A DNA stretch of 64,000 nt from Opitutia bacterium (lineage in GTDB: Bacteria > Verrucomicrobiota > Kiritimatiellia > CAIQIC01 > Lenti-01): NCBI GenBank assembly GCA_009928955.1, contig SABN01000001.1:11994-75993 (forward strand), in the 5' to 3' direction. The notes below the pieces were generated by a model. It made no database searches and had not been told where the DNA came from. It saw nothing but the letters and a program-made list of their open reading frames with translations. Shown here piece after piece: positions 28,376-38,700 of the stretch. The translations under genes were made by a program, and so were the position numbers. Numbering within the stretch: position 1 is the stretch's first letter; each line of letters begins with the position of its first letter.

Positions 28376-30169
28376 TCAGGCCCGGGCGCGCAGGGCGAAC
28401 AGTCCGGCATAGACGCCGTTTGCTTGCACAAGCTGTTCATGCGCACCGGATTCCACGATCCGACCCTCCGAGAGGACGAGAATTCGGTCTGCGACTTGAA
28501 CGGTTGAAAAGCGGTGGCTGACCACGATGGAGGTCTTGCCGGCGAATATTTTCACAACCGATTCCAGCAATTGGCGTTCCGCCTTTGCATCCAGCGAGCT
28601 CGTCGGCTCGTCGAGCATCACGAAAGGCGCATCTCTCACAAAGGCCCGCGCCAGCGCCACCCGTTGCCACTGCCCCTCGCTGAGTTCCGATCCTCCCCCA
28701 AACAGCCGCCCCAATGGAGTGTCATATCCCGCCGGAAGCTGCTCGATCAGGCCGGCCGCCCCCCCCCGGCGCGCCGCCTCCGCAATCCGAGGATCCCCGG
28801 GCGGAATCGCGACATCGCCCATCCGCACATTTTCGCCGGCCGTCATCTGATACCGGACGAAATCCTGGAACAAGGCGCTGAACGAGGCCCGCAACGCCTC
28901 CAGGTCGAACTCCCGGATGTCCGTTCCATCGATCAGGATCCGGCCCCCGGTCGGATCGTACAGCCGGCACAGGAGCTTCACCAGCGTCGTCTTGCCCGAA
29001 CCGTTTTCGCCGACCAGCGCCACGTGCTCCCCCGCCCGGATGGTCAGGTCGAGGTCGCGCAACACATCCCGGTCCATTCCGGGATAGCGGAAGCGGACAT
29101 GCTCCAGCCGGATTCCCTGCGCGATCCGGGACGGCATCGGTTTCGGATGCTCCGGCGAACGGACGCGGAGCGGCAGCCCGAGGAAGCGGTAGAAATGGGA
29201 AATGAACAGCGAATCCTCATAGAGCGAGGCCAGACTGCCCAGCACCCCGGAAAAAGCGGATTTTCCCCGTTGGAATCCGCCATAGAGCAGCGCCAGATCG
29301 CCCAAGGTCATGGCGTTGCCCCGCATCCGCAGATAGACGATTCCCAAGCCCGCGACCATGGCCAGCATCGACAAGGCCTCCGCAACGAATTCGGCGCCGG
29401 CGCGATGCCGCGTCAGCGCCAGCCGGCTCCGGCGCAACCGCCCGCGCAACTCCCGGTGCTGCCGGCGCAGCTCGTTCCCATTCCCGCTCAAGCGGATTTC
29501 CTTGGCAAACGGCAGCGCGGTCAGCAACAGATGGAGATAGCCTGCATAGCGCTCGGCCGCGCTCTGGGAAATCCGCCAGCGATGCCAGCGCCGGGAATTC
29601 CAGATCCGCGCCAGCGCGCCCGGCAAGGCAGCGACGATCAAGACCGGCAGCAGCAGCCCCTGCGACACCCACAACACGCCCGCCACCGAACCCAGCGCGA
29701 TCGCGCCGCCCCCCAACTGCACCAGGTTCCGCACGATGCTCGTGGGGCGCGACATCGCCTCGGACTGCGCCATGCGCATCTGGTCGTGATAGGCAGAAGT
29801 CTCGTAGTACGCCAAATCCAGCTCGATGGATTTTTCCTGCATCGCGTCCTGCACGTGGTCCGACACCGCCGCCGACTGGGCGTCGGCGACGATGGACGAA
29901 AGGGCGCGGCAAATCCATCCGGCCAAGACCACGGCCCCCACCCCCGGCGCCAAGACCAGAAGGCCATGGACGTCGCGGGTCCCTTCCGTTTGCGCCAAGA
30001 ATCGGCCCGCCGCATCCACCACGTGGCGCGTCAAAACCAGCGCGGCCACCGGCAGCAATCCTTGCACCCCGATCACCAGCGCCTGAAGCAGCGTCCACCC
30101 CCGCGCGCTATCCCACACCAGGCGGACCGCTTGGCGCAAATGCCGCAATCTGTCGCGATGCTTCTTCAT
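28376..30169 (-). CDS. ABC exporter, fused permease/ATPase (MsbA/peptide-exporter type, no C39 peptidase domain)
   Basis: The in-frame ATG is at 30169 (MKKHRDRLRHL). It has a 6-TM domain followed by Walker A GENGSGKTT, LSEGQWQR and Walker B MLDEPTS. There is an ATGA overlap with the upstream gene. Confidence 0.9.
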   Translation of the reverse strand: MKKHRDRLRHLRQAVRLVWDSARGWTLLQALVIGVQGLLPVAALVLTRHVVDAAGRFLAQTEGTRDVHGLLVLAPGVGAVVLAGWICRALSSIVADAQSAAVSDHVQDAMQEKSIELDLAYYETSAYHDQMRMAQSEAMSRPTSIVRNLVQLGGGAIALGSVAGVLWVSQGLLLPVLIVAALPGALARIWNSRRWHRWRISQSAAERYAGYLHLLLTALPFAKEIRLSGNGNELRRQHRELRGRLRRSRLALTRHRAGAEFVAEALSMLAMVAGLGIVYLRMRGNAMTLGDLALLYGGFQRGKSAFSGVLGSLASLYEDSLFISHFYRFLGLPLRVRSPEHPKPMPSRIAQGIRLEHVRFRYPGMDRDVLRDLDLTIRAGEHVALVGENGSGKTTLVKLLCRLYDPTGGRILIDGTDIREFDLEALRASFSALFQDFVRYQMTAGENVRMGDVAIPPGDPRIAEAARRGGAAGLIEQLPAGYDTPLGRLFGGGSELSEGQWQRVALARAFVRDAPFVMLDEPTSSLDAKAERQLLESVVKIFAGKTSIVVSHRFSTVQVADRILVLSEGRIVESGAHEQLVQANGVYAGLFALRARA

Positions 30170-31392
30170 GGTCCGGGGGGGGCTTCCGCCAGGGAAATGC
30201 GCCGGGAACGGCCGCGCAACGCATCCCCCGCCAAACGGAAGGGACGGAGGCAGGCGTACAGCGGATAGAGGGCGCCCGGCAAGGCCATTTGGTTCAGTTC
30301 CACCGCGCCCGGCACGAACAGCAGGCGGGACAGGAAGCGCCAGCGATCCCGCATCCGCTCCCGGGTCTGGAGCGCGAAGCGGCTCTGCCGGACAATGCCT
30401 GTTTGAAGAGAAGTTTCCGCCAGCAACCGGGCCGCCGCCATCTCGGCCAAGCGGCGCGCCGCCGCATCCAGGCGCGATTCCGGCCGGAAGGCTTCGGGCA
30501 ACGGACACGCCAGCAGAATCTCCGCCAGTTGCGCGCCCACCCACAGGCTCCGCTTCTGCCCGAAGCGAGAAGCCTCCCGCAACAGGCCGGCCCAGTCCGC
30601 GCCGGGAAACGCCGACAACAACATGGCCGCATCGGCCACCGAGGAAAGCTTGGCCCACATTTCGTTGGCGCCATCCAGACAGACGGCCAGCAGCATCGCC
30701 TCCGGGCCGGGCGCCAAAAGACTCCGGCCCCCGTCCATCGCCAGCGGCCGGCAAGCCTGCGCCAGGAATTCGGCGGTGCGCGGCCCGGAAAGCGCGTGCG
30801 AAATCAAAACGGGCTTGAGATCCAAATGGAGCGCCTCCCCCGGCTTGCGCAGCGACCAATCCTGCAGCGACGCCAGATAGCGCGCCCGGCTGGCCGTGGA
30901 CGGAATCTCGCGGGGCACATATCCTTCCTGTTCCAGCAGGCCGACCGCGCGCAGCAAATCCTCCCGCCGCACGACGAGGTCCAGATCCTCGAACTGCCGC
31001 ATCGAGGGGCTGCCATAGGCCAGCAGGGCCAGCGCGGGACCCTTGATCGGCACCAGCCGGATCCCGTTCGCCTCCATGAGGCGTTGCAGCCGGTGCAGGG
31101 TGGCCGTCGCCCGGAGGTTGTGCGCGGCGATGGCCATGTAATCCCGATGGAAACAGGCCAGGAATTCGGCCGGGACGACCTCGGCCTTCCTCTTCGCCGC
31201 CGTCTTCAACGCCTGATAGGCCAAGGGAACCACATGGTGGTTCATGGCCAAGGTCCGGAGCCGAGATCCATCGACCGGTCGGCCGTGGAGCCATCCATCG
31301 GCCAAGGAGCCGGAACGAGCCGGGCGGGCGCAAGCGCAGAGCCACTCCATCTCGGCGCTTGGAACGCGCGGCATGGTCAGCGCCGTTCTCAT
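30166..31392 (-). CDS. uncharacterised nucleotidyltransferase family protein (NTP_transf_5-like)
   Basis: It reads LVPIKGPALALLAYGSPSMRQFEDLDLVVRREDL, typical of the family seen in lasso/RRE-associated clusters. There are ATGA overlaps at both ends. Confidence 0.7.
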   Translation of the reverse strand: MRTALTMPRVPSAEMEWLCACARPARSGSLADGWLHGRPVDGSRLRTLAMNHHVVPLAYQALKTAAKRKAEVVPAEFLACFHRDYMAIAAHNLRATATLHRLQRLMEANGIRLVPIKGPALALLAYGSPSMRQFEDLDLVVRREDLLRAVGLLEQEGYVPREIPSTASRARYLASLQDWSLRKPGEALHLDLKPVLISHALSGPRTAEFLAQACRPLAMDGGRSLLAPGPEAMLLAVCLDGANEMWAKLSSVADAAMLLSAFPGADWAGLLREASRFGQKRSLWVGAQLAEILLACPLPEAFRPESRLDAAARRLAEMAAARLLAETSLQTGIVRQSRFALQTRERMRDRWRFLSRLLFVPGAVELNQMALPGALYPLYACLRPFRLAGDALRGRSRRISLAEAPPGP

Positions 31393-32009
31393 CGGGTTGG
31401 CGGATCCAAGATCAGGTCGTACGGCTTGCGGCAAGTCCAGCGCTGCTCCCGCGGAATCCAGCAGGCGACCGTTTCTCCCCGATGGATGAACTTGGTGAAA
31501 TCCCCGGCGGCGCCGGCAAAGCGCGCCGCCAAGATCCGCGGCCGCCAGAGCAAGCGCATCAGCCGGCTGGCGCGGAACAGCCGATAGACCGGAGCCCAAG
31601 GAAACAGCAACAGGATCCGCAGGCGGCGCGCCCCATGGCCCAACCCGGCCCGGCGGCGGCCCGCAGGACCGCCCGCCACCGCGGCGCGAACGCCCCCGCG
31701 CTCGCGTTCCACCACCTTGCCGATCAGGAAGGCACGGGTGAGCGGCGCAGCATCGCGATGGAGATTCCCGTCGCCCCAGGTCAGGAATCCGTCGCCCGCC
31801 CTCTTCGCGATCCGGTGCGCGACGGCCTTGCCGGAGGAATGGAAGGCCACGACATCCCCCGGGCGCAGCGCGGCGAAGGAAACTGGAGAAACCCATAGGC
31901 AATCCCCGTCCACGAAAGTCCCCCGCATGCTTTCTCCGCGATAGGAAAGCCGGAGCAACTGCGAATGCGATGGGCGGGAAGCATCCATATGGGGTTCAAG
32001 CATACGCAT
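31389..32009 (-). CDS. S24/S26 (signal-peptidase/LexA-like) serine peptidase family protein
   Basis: It has the GESMRGTF (Ser nucleophile motif GxSMxPT-like), then GDVVAF...AHRI...TWGDGN...D...IGKVV. An extra C-terminal region of ~90 aa follows. Confidence 0.6.
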   Translation of the reverse strand: MRMLEPHMDASRPSHSQLLRLSYRGESMRGTFVDGDCLWVSPVSFAALRPGDVVAFHSSGKAVAHRIAKRAGDGFLTWGDGNLHRDAAPLTRAFLIGKVVERERGGVRAAVAGGPAGRRRAGLGHGARRLRILLLFPWAPVYRLFRASRLMRLLWRPRILAARFAGAAGDFTKFIHRGETVACWIPREQRWTCRKPYDLILDPPTR

Positions 32010-32101
32010 GGCGCCGCCCCTTCTGCAAGCGACAGATGCCGACGGCGAAATGGCGAGACGGATTCAACGCGACCTCGGGAGCAAACGCCCTCCGCTCCGA
32101 T

Positions 32102-32118
32102 GGCCGGCAAACCCGGCC
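32102..32118 (-). other. GC stem-loop downstream of the Cys-rich ORF (possible attenuator/processing site)
   Basis: The sequence is ggccgg-caaac-ccggcc, a perfect 6-bp stem with no T tract. Confidence 0.3.
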
Positions 32119-32197
32119 TTGGGCGTTTTGGCGCTCCGCAGCGGCATCCCCGGCCTCATGGCCTGCGGGAAAGGCCGGCCTCGGAAACAAGCGCCAT

Positions 32198-32617
32198 CTA
32201 TTCGATCGGCTCCGGCGGCTCGTCGTATCCCGCCGGTTCCGGCGGCTCGCCGTATCCCGCCGGTTCCGGCGGGGCCGGATATTCATATCCGGACGGCTCC
32301 GGATACGAAGAGGTTTCATACCCGCCATCCTCCGTCCCGGAGGCGGCCGCAACGCCGAAGCCCGAACCCGACAGACAGTACACCTTGGCGCTGCTTCCGG
32401 CGGGCCAGCAAAACGTGCCCGCGCTCGATCCCGTCCGGCAGTCGTTGGCCGCGCTCGCCCCATTGGGCTCGCAGATGGGAATCGATGCATTGTTCATCCC
32501 GGCCGGGCAATCCGCCGCGCCATCCCCGACGCTGCAGGTGTCGCCCAAGATCGGCGCCACCCGCCCCATGTCGATGCTGACGGGTTTTTCGTATTTGAGG
32601 CGCGGTTTTTCGGACAT
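32198..32617 (-). CDS. Cys-rich acidic 139-aa protein; candidate RiPP precursor (PqqA/lasso-like leader, six-Cys core, PEPxGY tail repeats)
   Basis: A strong RBS precedes the ATG. The leader is MSEKPRLKYEKPVSIDMGRVAPILGDT. Cys residues sit at 28, 37, 49, 60, 70 and 81. The tail is YPEPSGYEYPAPPEPAGYGEPPEPAGYDEPPEPIE. Confidence 0.6.
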   Translation of the reverse strand: MSEKPRLKYEKPVSIDMGRVAPILGDTCSVGDGAADCPAGMNNASIPICEPNGASAANDCRTGSSAGTFCWPAGSSAKVYCLSGSGFGVAAASGTEDGGYETSSYPEPSGYEYPAPPEPAGYGEPPEPAGYDEPPEPIE

Positions 32618-32625
32618 CTGGAACT

Positions 32626-32631
32626 CTCCTT
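32626..32631 (-). promoter_or_regulatory. Shine-Dalgarno AAGGAG for the Cys-rich ORF
   Basis: The plus strand reads ctcctt, 8 nt upstream of ATG 32617-32615. Confidence 0.6.
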
Positions 32632-32715
32632 CAACTTGCGTTTTCTACCACATTCCATCGGCGGACGGCAACTGATCCTTTGGCCCCTCTGCCATATCCA
32701 GACATTCCGGATCCC

Positions 32716-35700
32716 TCAGGGTTGCGGCCGGATTTCAATCACTCGCGGCTCGGATGCGGCGAAGGCGTCCTCCGGGAAAAGCAGCCAGAGGTAGGTGATC
32801 TCCACGGGGTTGCGAGCCAAATCCTCCGGCAGGGTCCGCCATTCCCGGGCATCTGGGCTGTAGAGGATTTGGCCGGGGATCGACGACCCTTCCGCCAAAT
32901 CCACGACCAGATTGGTCACCCACATCGGAACGTCATAGCCGATGGCGATATACCCCCCCGCTCCCGACTTGCCGGTCCACTGGGTGTTCGGGTCGCCATC
33001 CACCGCCGCCCAGCCGTTGGTGTGTTCCGGCCCGTCGTCGCTGGTCACCACCGTCATCGGAAAACTCCCGGCATCCGTGAATTCGGCGGGCGACGCGGCC
33101 TTCGCAACCGCGCGGGGCTTCGGCTCCGGCGTCCGCTCGCCATACACCTCCCACTCGGCGATGCACACGAAACGGTTGGCCGAGTTGGAAAGGCCCGTCA
33201 GCCGCAGATACCGCGCCGACCGCCCGTCCAGCGCCCAATCCTCCCAGCCGCGGTGCTCGCCCGCGCTCGCCTCCACCAGCGGCGACCAACTCGCGCCGTC
33301 CAGCGACGATTCGATGCGGTACTGGTGGACCCGGTAGCTCCAGTCCCAATTCAACAGCCGGATGCGCGACACCGAAGTCGCCGCCTTCAGGTCCAGCGTG
33401 ATCGTCCCGGGCGGTTCGTTCGTCCAGAACGTGTAGCCGTAGTTGGCGCTGGACATATGCACGGCGTCAGTCAAGTACTCCGGCTTGGTCGCCTGCATCC
33501 CCGAGATCGTGCTCCCGTTCGACGCCCGCGCCCAATTCACGCCGATGTCGTCGTCCAGCGCCGTCGCCTCCACCAACCGGTCGGCCCCGCCCGGAACCGC
33601 GATCCGGAAGGTCGCCGTTTCGTTTTCGCCGTTGGCGTCCTCGCTCGCCGCCAGCGTCACCGTTTGCCACGCGTTCCAGTTCGCCGGCGTGAACGTCAGG
33701 TTCGCCCCGCTCTTCACGAAGAGGTTCGCGTCCCCCGCGCTGCGGCTCACGCCGACCGAGACGCTCCCTGCGGGAGCGCTGTCCAGACGCACATGGAAAC
33801 GTCCTTCTCCGCCCTCGCGGACATTGACGGCGGTCGCCAAACACTCGATCTGCCGGGGTTCGACGGGCGCGGCATACACCTCCCACTCGGCGATGCAGAC
33901 GTAGCGGTTGGCCGAGTTGGAGAGGGCGGTAAACCGCAAATACCGGGCCGTCCGGGCCGCCACCGCCCAATCCTCCCACCCGCGATGTTCACCCGTGCTC
34001 GCGTCGATCAGGGCCGACCAGTTCGCGCCGTCCAGCGAAGACTCGATGCGGTAGCGATGGGAGCGATAGCCCCAGTCCCAGTTCAGCAGCCGGATGCGCG
34101 ACACGGTCGTCGCGACCTTCAGGTCCAGCGTCAGCGTCCCGGGCGACGCCGGATTCGTCCAGACCGGATAGCCATAGTTGACGCTGGAGGCGTGCACGCC
34201 GTCGATCGCCCGCTCCGGCGCATACGCCTGCGTCCCCGTGATCGTGCTGCCGAGCGAGGCCCGCGCGCGGTTCTCGCCGATGTCGATGTCCAGCGCGGTC
34301 GCCTTCATGACCCGGTCCGCCACGCCGGGCGCCGAGATCCGGAACGTCGCCGTCTCGTTGGCGCCGTTCTCGTCTTCGCCCGCCGCCAGCGTCACCACCT
34401 GCCACGCGGCCCAGTTCGCGGGCGTGAACACCAGCGCCGCCCCGCTCTGCACGGAAAGGCGTTCGTCCCCGGAGGCCCGGCTCACGGCCACCGCGACGTT
34501 CGCCTCCGGGGCGCGGTCCAAGCGCACATGGAAGCGTCCTTCGCCGGCTTCGCGGACATTGACGGCCGCGGAGGAGAGCTCCGGCCGGGGCAATTGGAAC
34601 TGGCTGGAAGGGCCATAGACCTCCCACTCGGCGAGGCACACGTATTGGTTCGCCGAGTTGGAAAGGCCCGTGAAGCGCAAATAGCGGATCGACAGATCCT
34701 CCACCGCCCAATCTTCCCAGCCGCGGTGTTCCCCCTCGCTCGCATCCACCAGCGGCGACCAGGTCGTTCCATCCAGCGAGGATTCGATCCGGTATTGATG
34801 GGCCCGAAGGCCCCAATCCCAATTCAGCAGGCGGATCCTCGACACCCGCATCGCCTCCTGCAGATCCAGCGTCATCGTCCCCGGCGAGGCTCGGTTCGTC
34901 CAGATGGTGTATCCGTAGTTGGCGCTGGCGCCGTGCACCCCGTCGATCAACCATTCCGGCTTGGTCGCCTGCGTTCCCGTGATCCGGCTTCCGTTCGAAG
35001 CCAGCGCCAGGTTCGGGCCGATGTCGATGTCCAGCGCCGTCGCCTCCACGAACTGGTCCGCCACGCCGGAAGCTGAAACCCGGAACATCGCCGTTTCATT
35101 GTCGCCGTTCCCGTCCGCCGCGGCCGCCAGCGTCACCGCCTGCCAGACATTCCAGTTCGCCGGACTGAACAGCAGGCCCGCGCCGCTCTTCACCGAAAGG
35201 ACGGATGCTCCTCCGCTCCGCGCGACCGTCACGGCCGTGGCGGCGGCCGGAGCATAGGCCAACCGCACGTAGAAACGGCCCTCGCCGCCCTCCCGCACAT
35301 TGACATCGGTCGCGCTGAGCAGGATCGGCGAGACATGGAACGTGCGGACCACGTCCGGCGCCGGCTCCCAATTGCCGTCGCCGGCTTGGAAGGCCATGAC
35401 CGAAACCGCGCCGGCGCCCGTAAACGAAAGATGCGGACCGTCCAAAATCCTGCCCGGTCCGTCAACCACCGCGAAGCCCACCGGCAGGCTGCTCGATGAA
35501 ATCGCGGACAAACCGACCCCGTCGGGCGCAAGGGGATCGTCGATGCCCGGGAATTCAATCGTCTGGGCGGCCTTGGCCACGACCAAGGCGCCGGCCGAAC
35601 CTCCCGCGAAATTCGGATCCTCGATCTCGGCGGAAACCGCGTAGCGGCCCGCAAGAACCGGCGGCGCGTCCCCGCTCCCGTAGGTGATCGCGACCGCCAA

Positions 35701-38700
35701 GCCGGCGGGAACCGTCGCCGCCGTCACGCGCCGGGGCGTTCCATCGTAGGTCTGCTCCAAGCCTGCCAGCGCGACCGTCGCGACCGCCTTGGCCACCACC
35801 CACGTGCCGGTGGTTGAAGCCTGGTGATTTCCATCGACCACGGTGGCGACCACGGCATAGCTCCCGGCTTCCGTCGGGACCGCCGTCCCGCCGTCGTAGC
35901 GGAATTCGACCGCCAAGCCGGCGGGAACCGTCGTCGCCGTCGCGTTCTTCGGCGTGCCATCGTACACCGGCTCCAGCGCGCCCAGCAAGATCACCGCCTC
36001 GGCCTTGGCCACCACCAGCGTGCCGGTGGCCGATCCCACGAAGATGTCATCGGCCACGACGCCGACCACGGCATAGCTCCCGGCCTCCGTCGGCGCGGCG
36101 GCGCTTCCATCGTAGGTGAAGCGGACGGCCAATCCGGCCGGTTCCGTTCGGGCCGTCGCGACGCGCGGCTGGCCGTCGTAGCCCTGCTCGAGATCCTGCA
36201 GGAAAATCTCCGCGGAAGCCGGCGCGCCGTTCGTCATCTCGTTGCCGGCGATGCGCAAGGCCGGGTCGCCGAGCAGATTGTAGACCGCGAAGGTATCGCG
36301 GCTGGACAGATCGCTCCGCAGCGACCGGCGCGCCCGCAAGAACGCCAAGCCCAGCGTACCCACGCCGTCCTGGAGGACGGCGCGATAGAACGCCTCGCCC
36401 AGTTCCATCGCGGGAGCGTTGAACGAGAGCCCCGAGGGAGCCAAGAGCGCGACCGCCCCGCCTTGCGGACGCCTCATCAACAGCTCGCCGAGGCTGTCCG
36501 TCGCGGGCAATTCATAACGCCCCAACAGGCAGCTCAGCGCCACCGTGATCGGCGGCCGGGTGGCGTTGTCCATCTTCGCGACGTCGGCCGCCGTCAACAG
36601 CCCCTTCCCGCTGAGGTTGAAGAGCCCGCCATGGCCCGTGTAATGGATGAACCCCGCGCCGGCATGGAAGGCGTCCATCAGACTCGCGCGCGCCGGGCCG
36701 ATGGCCATCTGGTCCAGATCGATGCGGCTGGCCACCGAATACGGCGCCGTCGCCCACTCCGCCAGCTTGGTGTTTGAATCCGAGAAATTCCCCGCCGAAT
36801 TGCCTTGATCGGCCACCAGCACCAGCTGGTTCTGCCACGCCGAACCGAATCCGGCCTCGTAGACCTTGATCTTCGCGATCATCGCCGCCAGATCTGCCGC
36901 CGTCAGCGCCGGCAGGCGGCCGATGGCGACATCCGGCCGGTCATCGCCGCCGGTGTCCGCCAGCAATCCGTCCGATGCGCAGACCCCGTCGGGGGTTTGG
37001 ACCAGCAACGGCGGCAGCGGATTCACTTCGTCAAACGTGGCGCCCAGATAGTCATAGTGTCCCCCGCCCGCCAGCACCACCATCTTCGGCGCTTGCGCCC
37101 AGGTCGCCGCGGCATGGCGCAACAGCGCCGGAATCGCCTGGGGCGTGCGCAGGCCCCCGGTCATCAGGTCGCAGAGGTCTTCAAACACCGCCACGCCGAC
37201 GCGCAGCCCTTGGCCCGCGCGGTAGTCGGCCAACTCCTGCGCGGCCGGGGCCAGCGCGCGCGAAGCGATCACCAGATAGTCGATCCGGTTCGTCTCCGAC
37301 AAGAACCAGGCGTCCGCCGCCGCCGGCTCCGGCACCAACATCGGAACCGCGGACGATTCGATCACGGCGAAGCGCTCGTTTTCGGCGGCCACCGCCCAAG
37401 CCTTGGCGGAAAGTTCGCCCTTCGCGTCGGCGATCCATGTGGGATTCCCCGCTTCGTCCAACGCCAGCGCCAGCGGATCGGAATAGGCGCCCGCCGAAAA
37501 CGCCGGCGCCTGGCCCGCGCGGAAGGGCGCGACGGGGGCGGAAGGCGTCAGGTCGCGATCGAACGACGCCTCGATCCAGTCCACCACGAAGAAGCTGTGG
37601 CTCTGGCCCGGCTTCATCACGCCGTTCACCATGACCGTGTTGACGCCGTTCACGACCGCCGCGCCGGGGATCGTCAGCTCGGCTTCGGCCGTCTCCTGGC
37701 CGTCGAAGGCGATCGAACCCGCCACGGCGCCGTTGAAACTGATTTCCGCCAAGTGGTCCGGATGGTTGGTCGTGGCGGACCAGCCCATGAGGCGGACCTT
37801 CAGGTTCAGGTCGCCGCCCGCGAAGCCGGTCAGATCCAGCGGGAAGCGGGGCGCCAACAGATCGTTGGTCTGGCTGACGACGCCCGCCCAGAAGTAGAAG
37901 TCCTCCGGCATTTGCGTCATGCTGAACAGGAACCGGTCTTCTTCGAAGTGGAGCCGCACGGGGAAGACCGTCCCGCCGGAGGAAGCCCCCGGCTCGCGGC
38001 GGGGCATGGCGAGGCCCTTGCCCGCCGAAATCAGATAGGCCGCCTCATGCGAATACCAATCGCGCACCGGCGGCCGGGCGTGGAACACCAAGCGGCCGCG
38101 CTCCGCGTCGAAGAGCACCGGCACCGGAAGCCCCTGCTCGGCGATCTTCAACTCCCCCGCTGCGGCCTGCGCCCGCACGTCTTCGAGGGCGAGGCCCATG
38201 CCGGCGGCGATCGAAGTCAACGCCACGCCATGGATGCCTTCTTTTTTCACCAGGACTTTCAGCCGGGAGGACGGTTCCGCGGGAACCGGCGCGGTGCGCG
38301 GCGCAGGCGCGAGCGCCTTGGCCGCCGCGGCTTTCTTCGTCCGGACGGCCTTGGCCGCCGGCGGCGGAACCGCGAACCGAACGGCATGGGTGCCGAGACC
38401 CCGGGCCTCGCCGGAAAGCTCGATTTCTTCCAGGCGGTATGTCCCTTCATCGCCTTCGCGGGCTTCGGGATCGACCAGCCCATAGACGGAACCCGCCTCG
38501 TTGAACGCCGACGGCACCAGGATGTCGCTCATCCGGGTTTCCTTCCCGGTCTCCGGATCGACGCGATGGACGAAGAAACCCGCCGTCCCGAATTCGGAAC
38601 CCGTCCGCCACGCCACGCGCCCGCCGTCTTTCGTCCATTCGCCCCAAACCTCGGCCACCTCGGCGCGGGTGGAGTCCCTTGTGCTGATCCCCAAGTCGAC

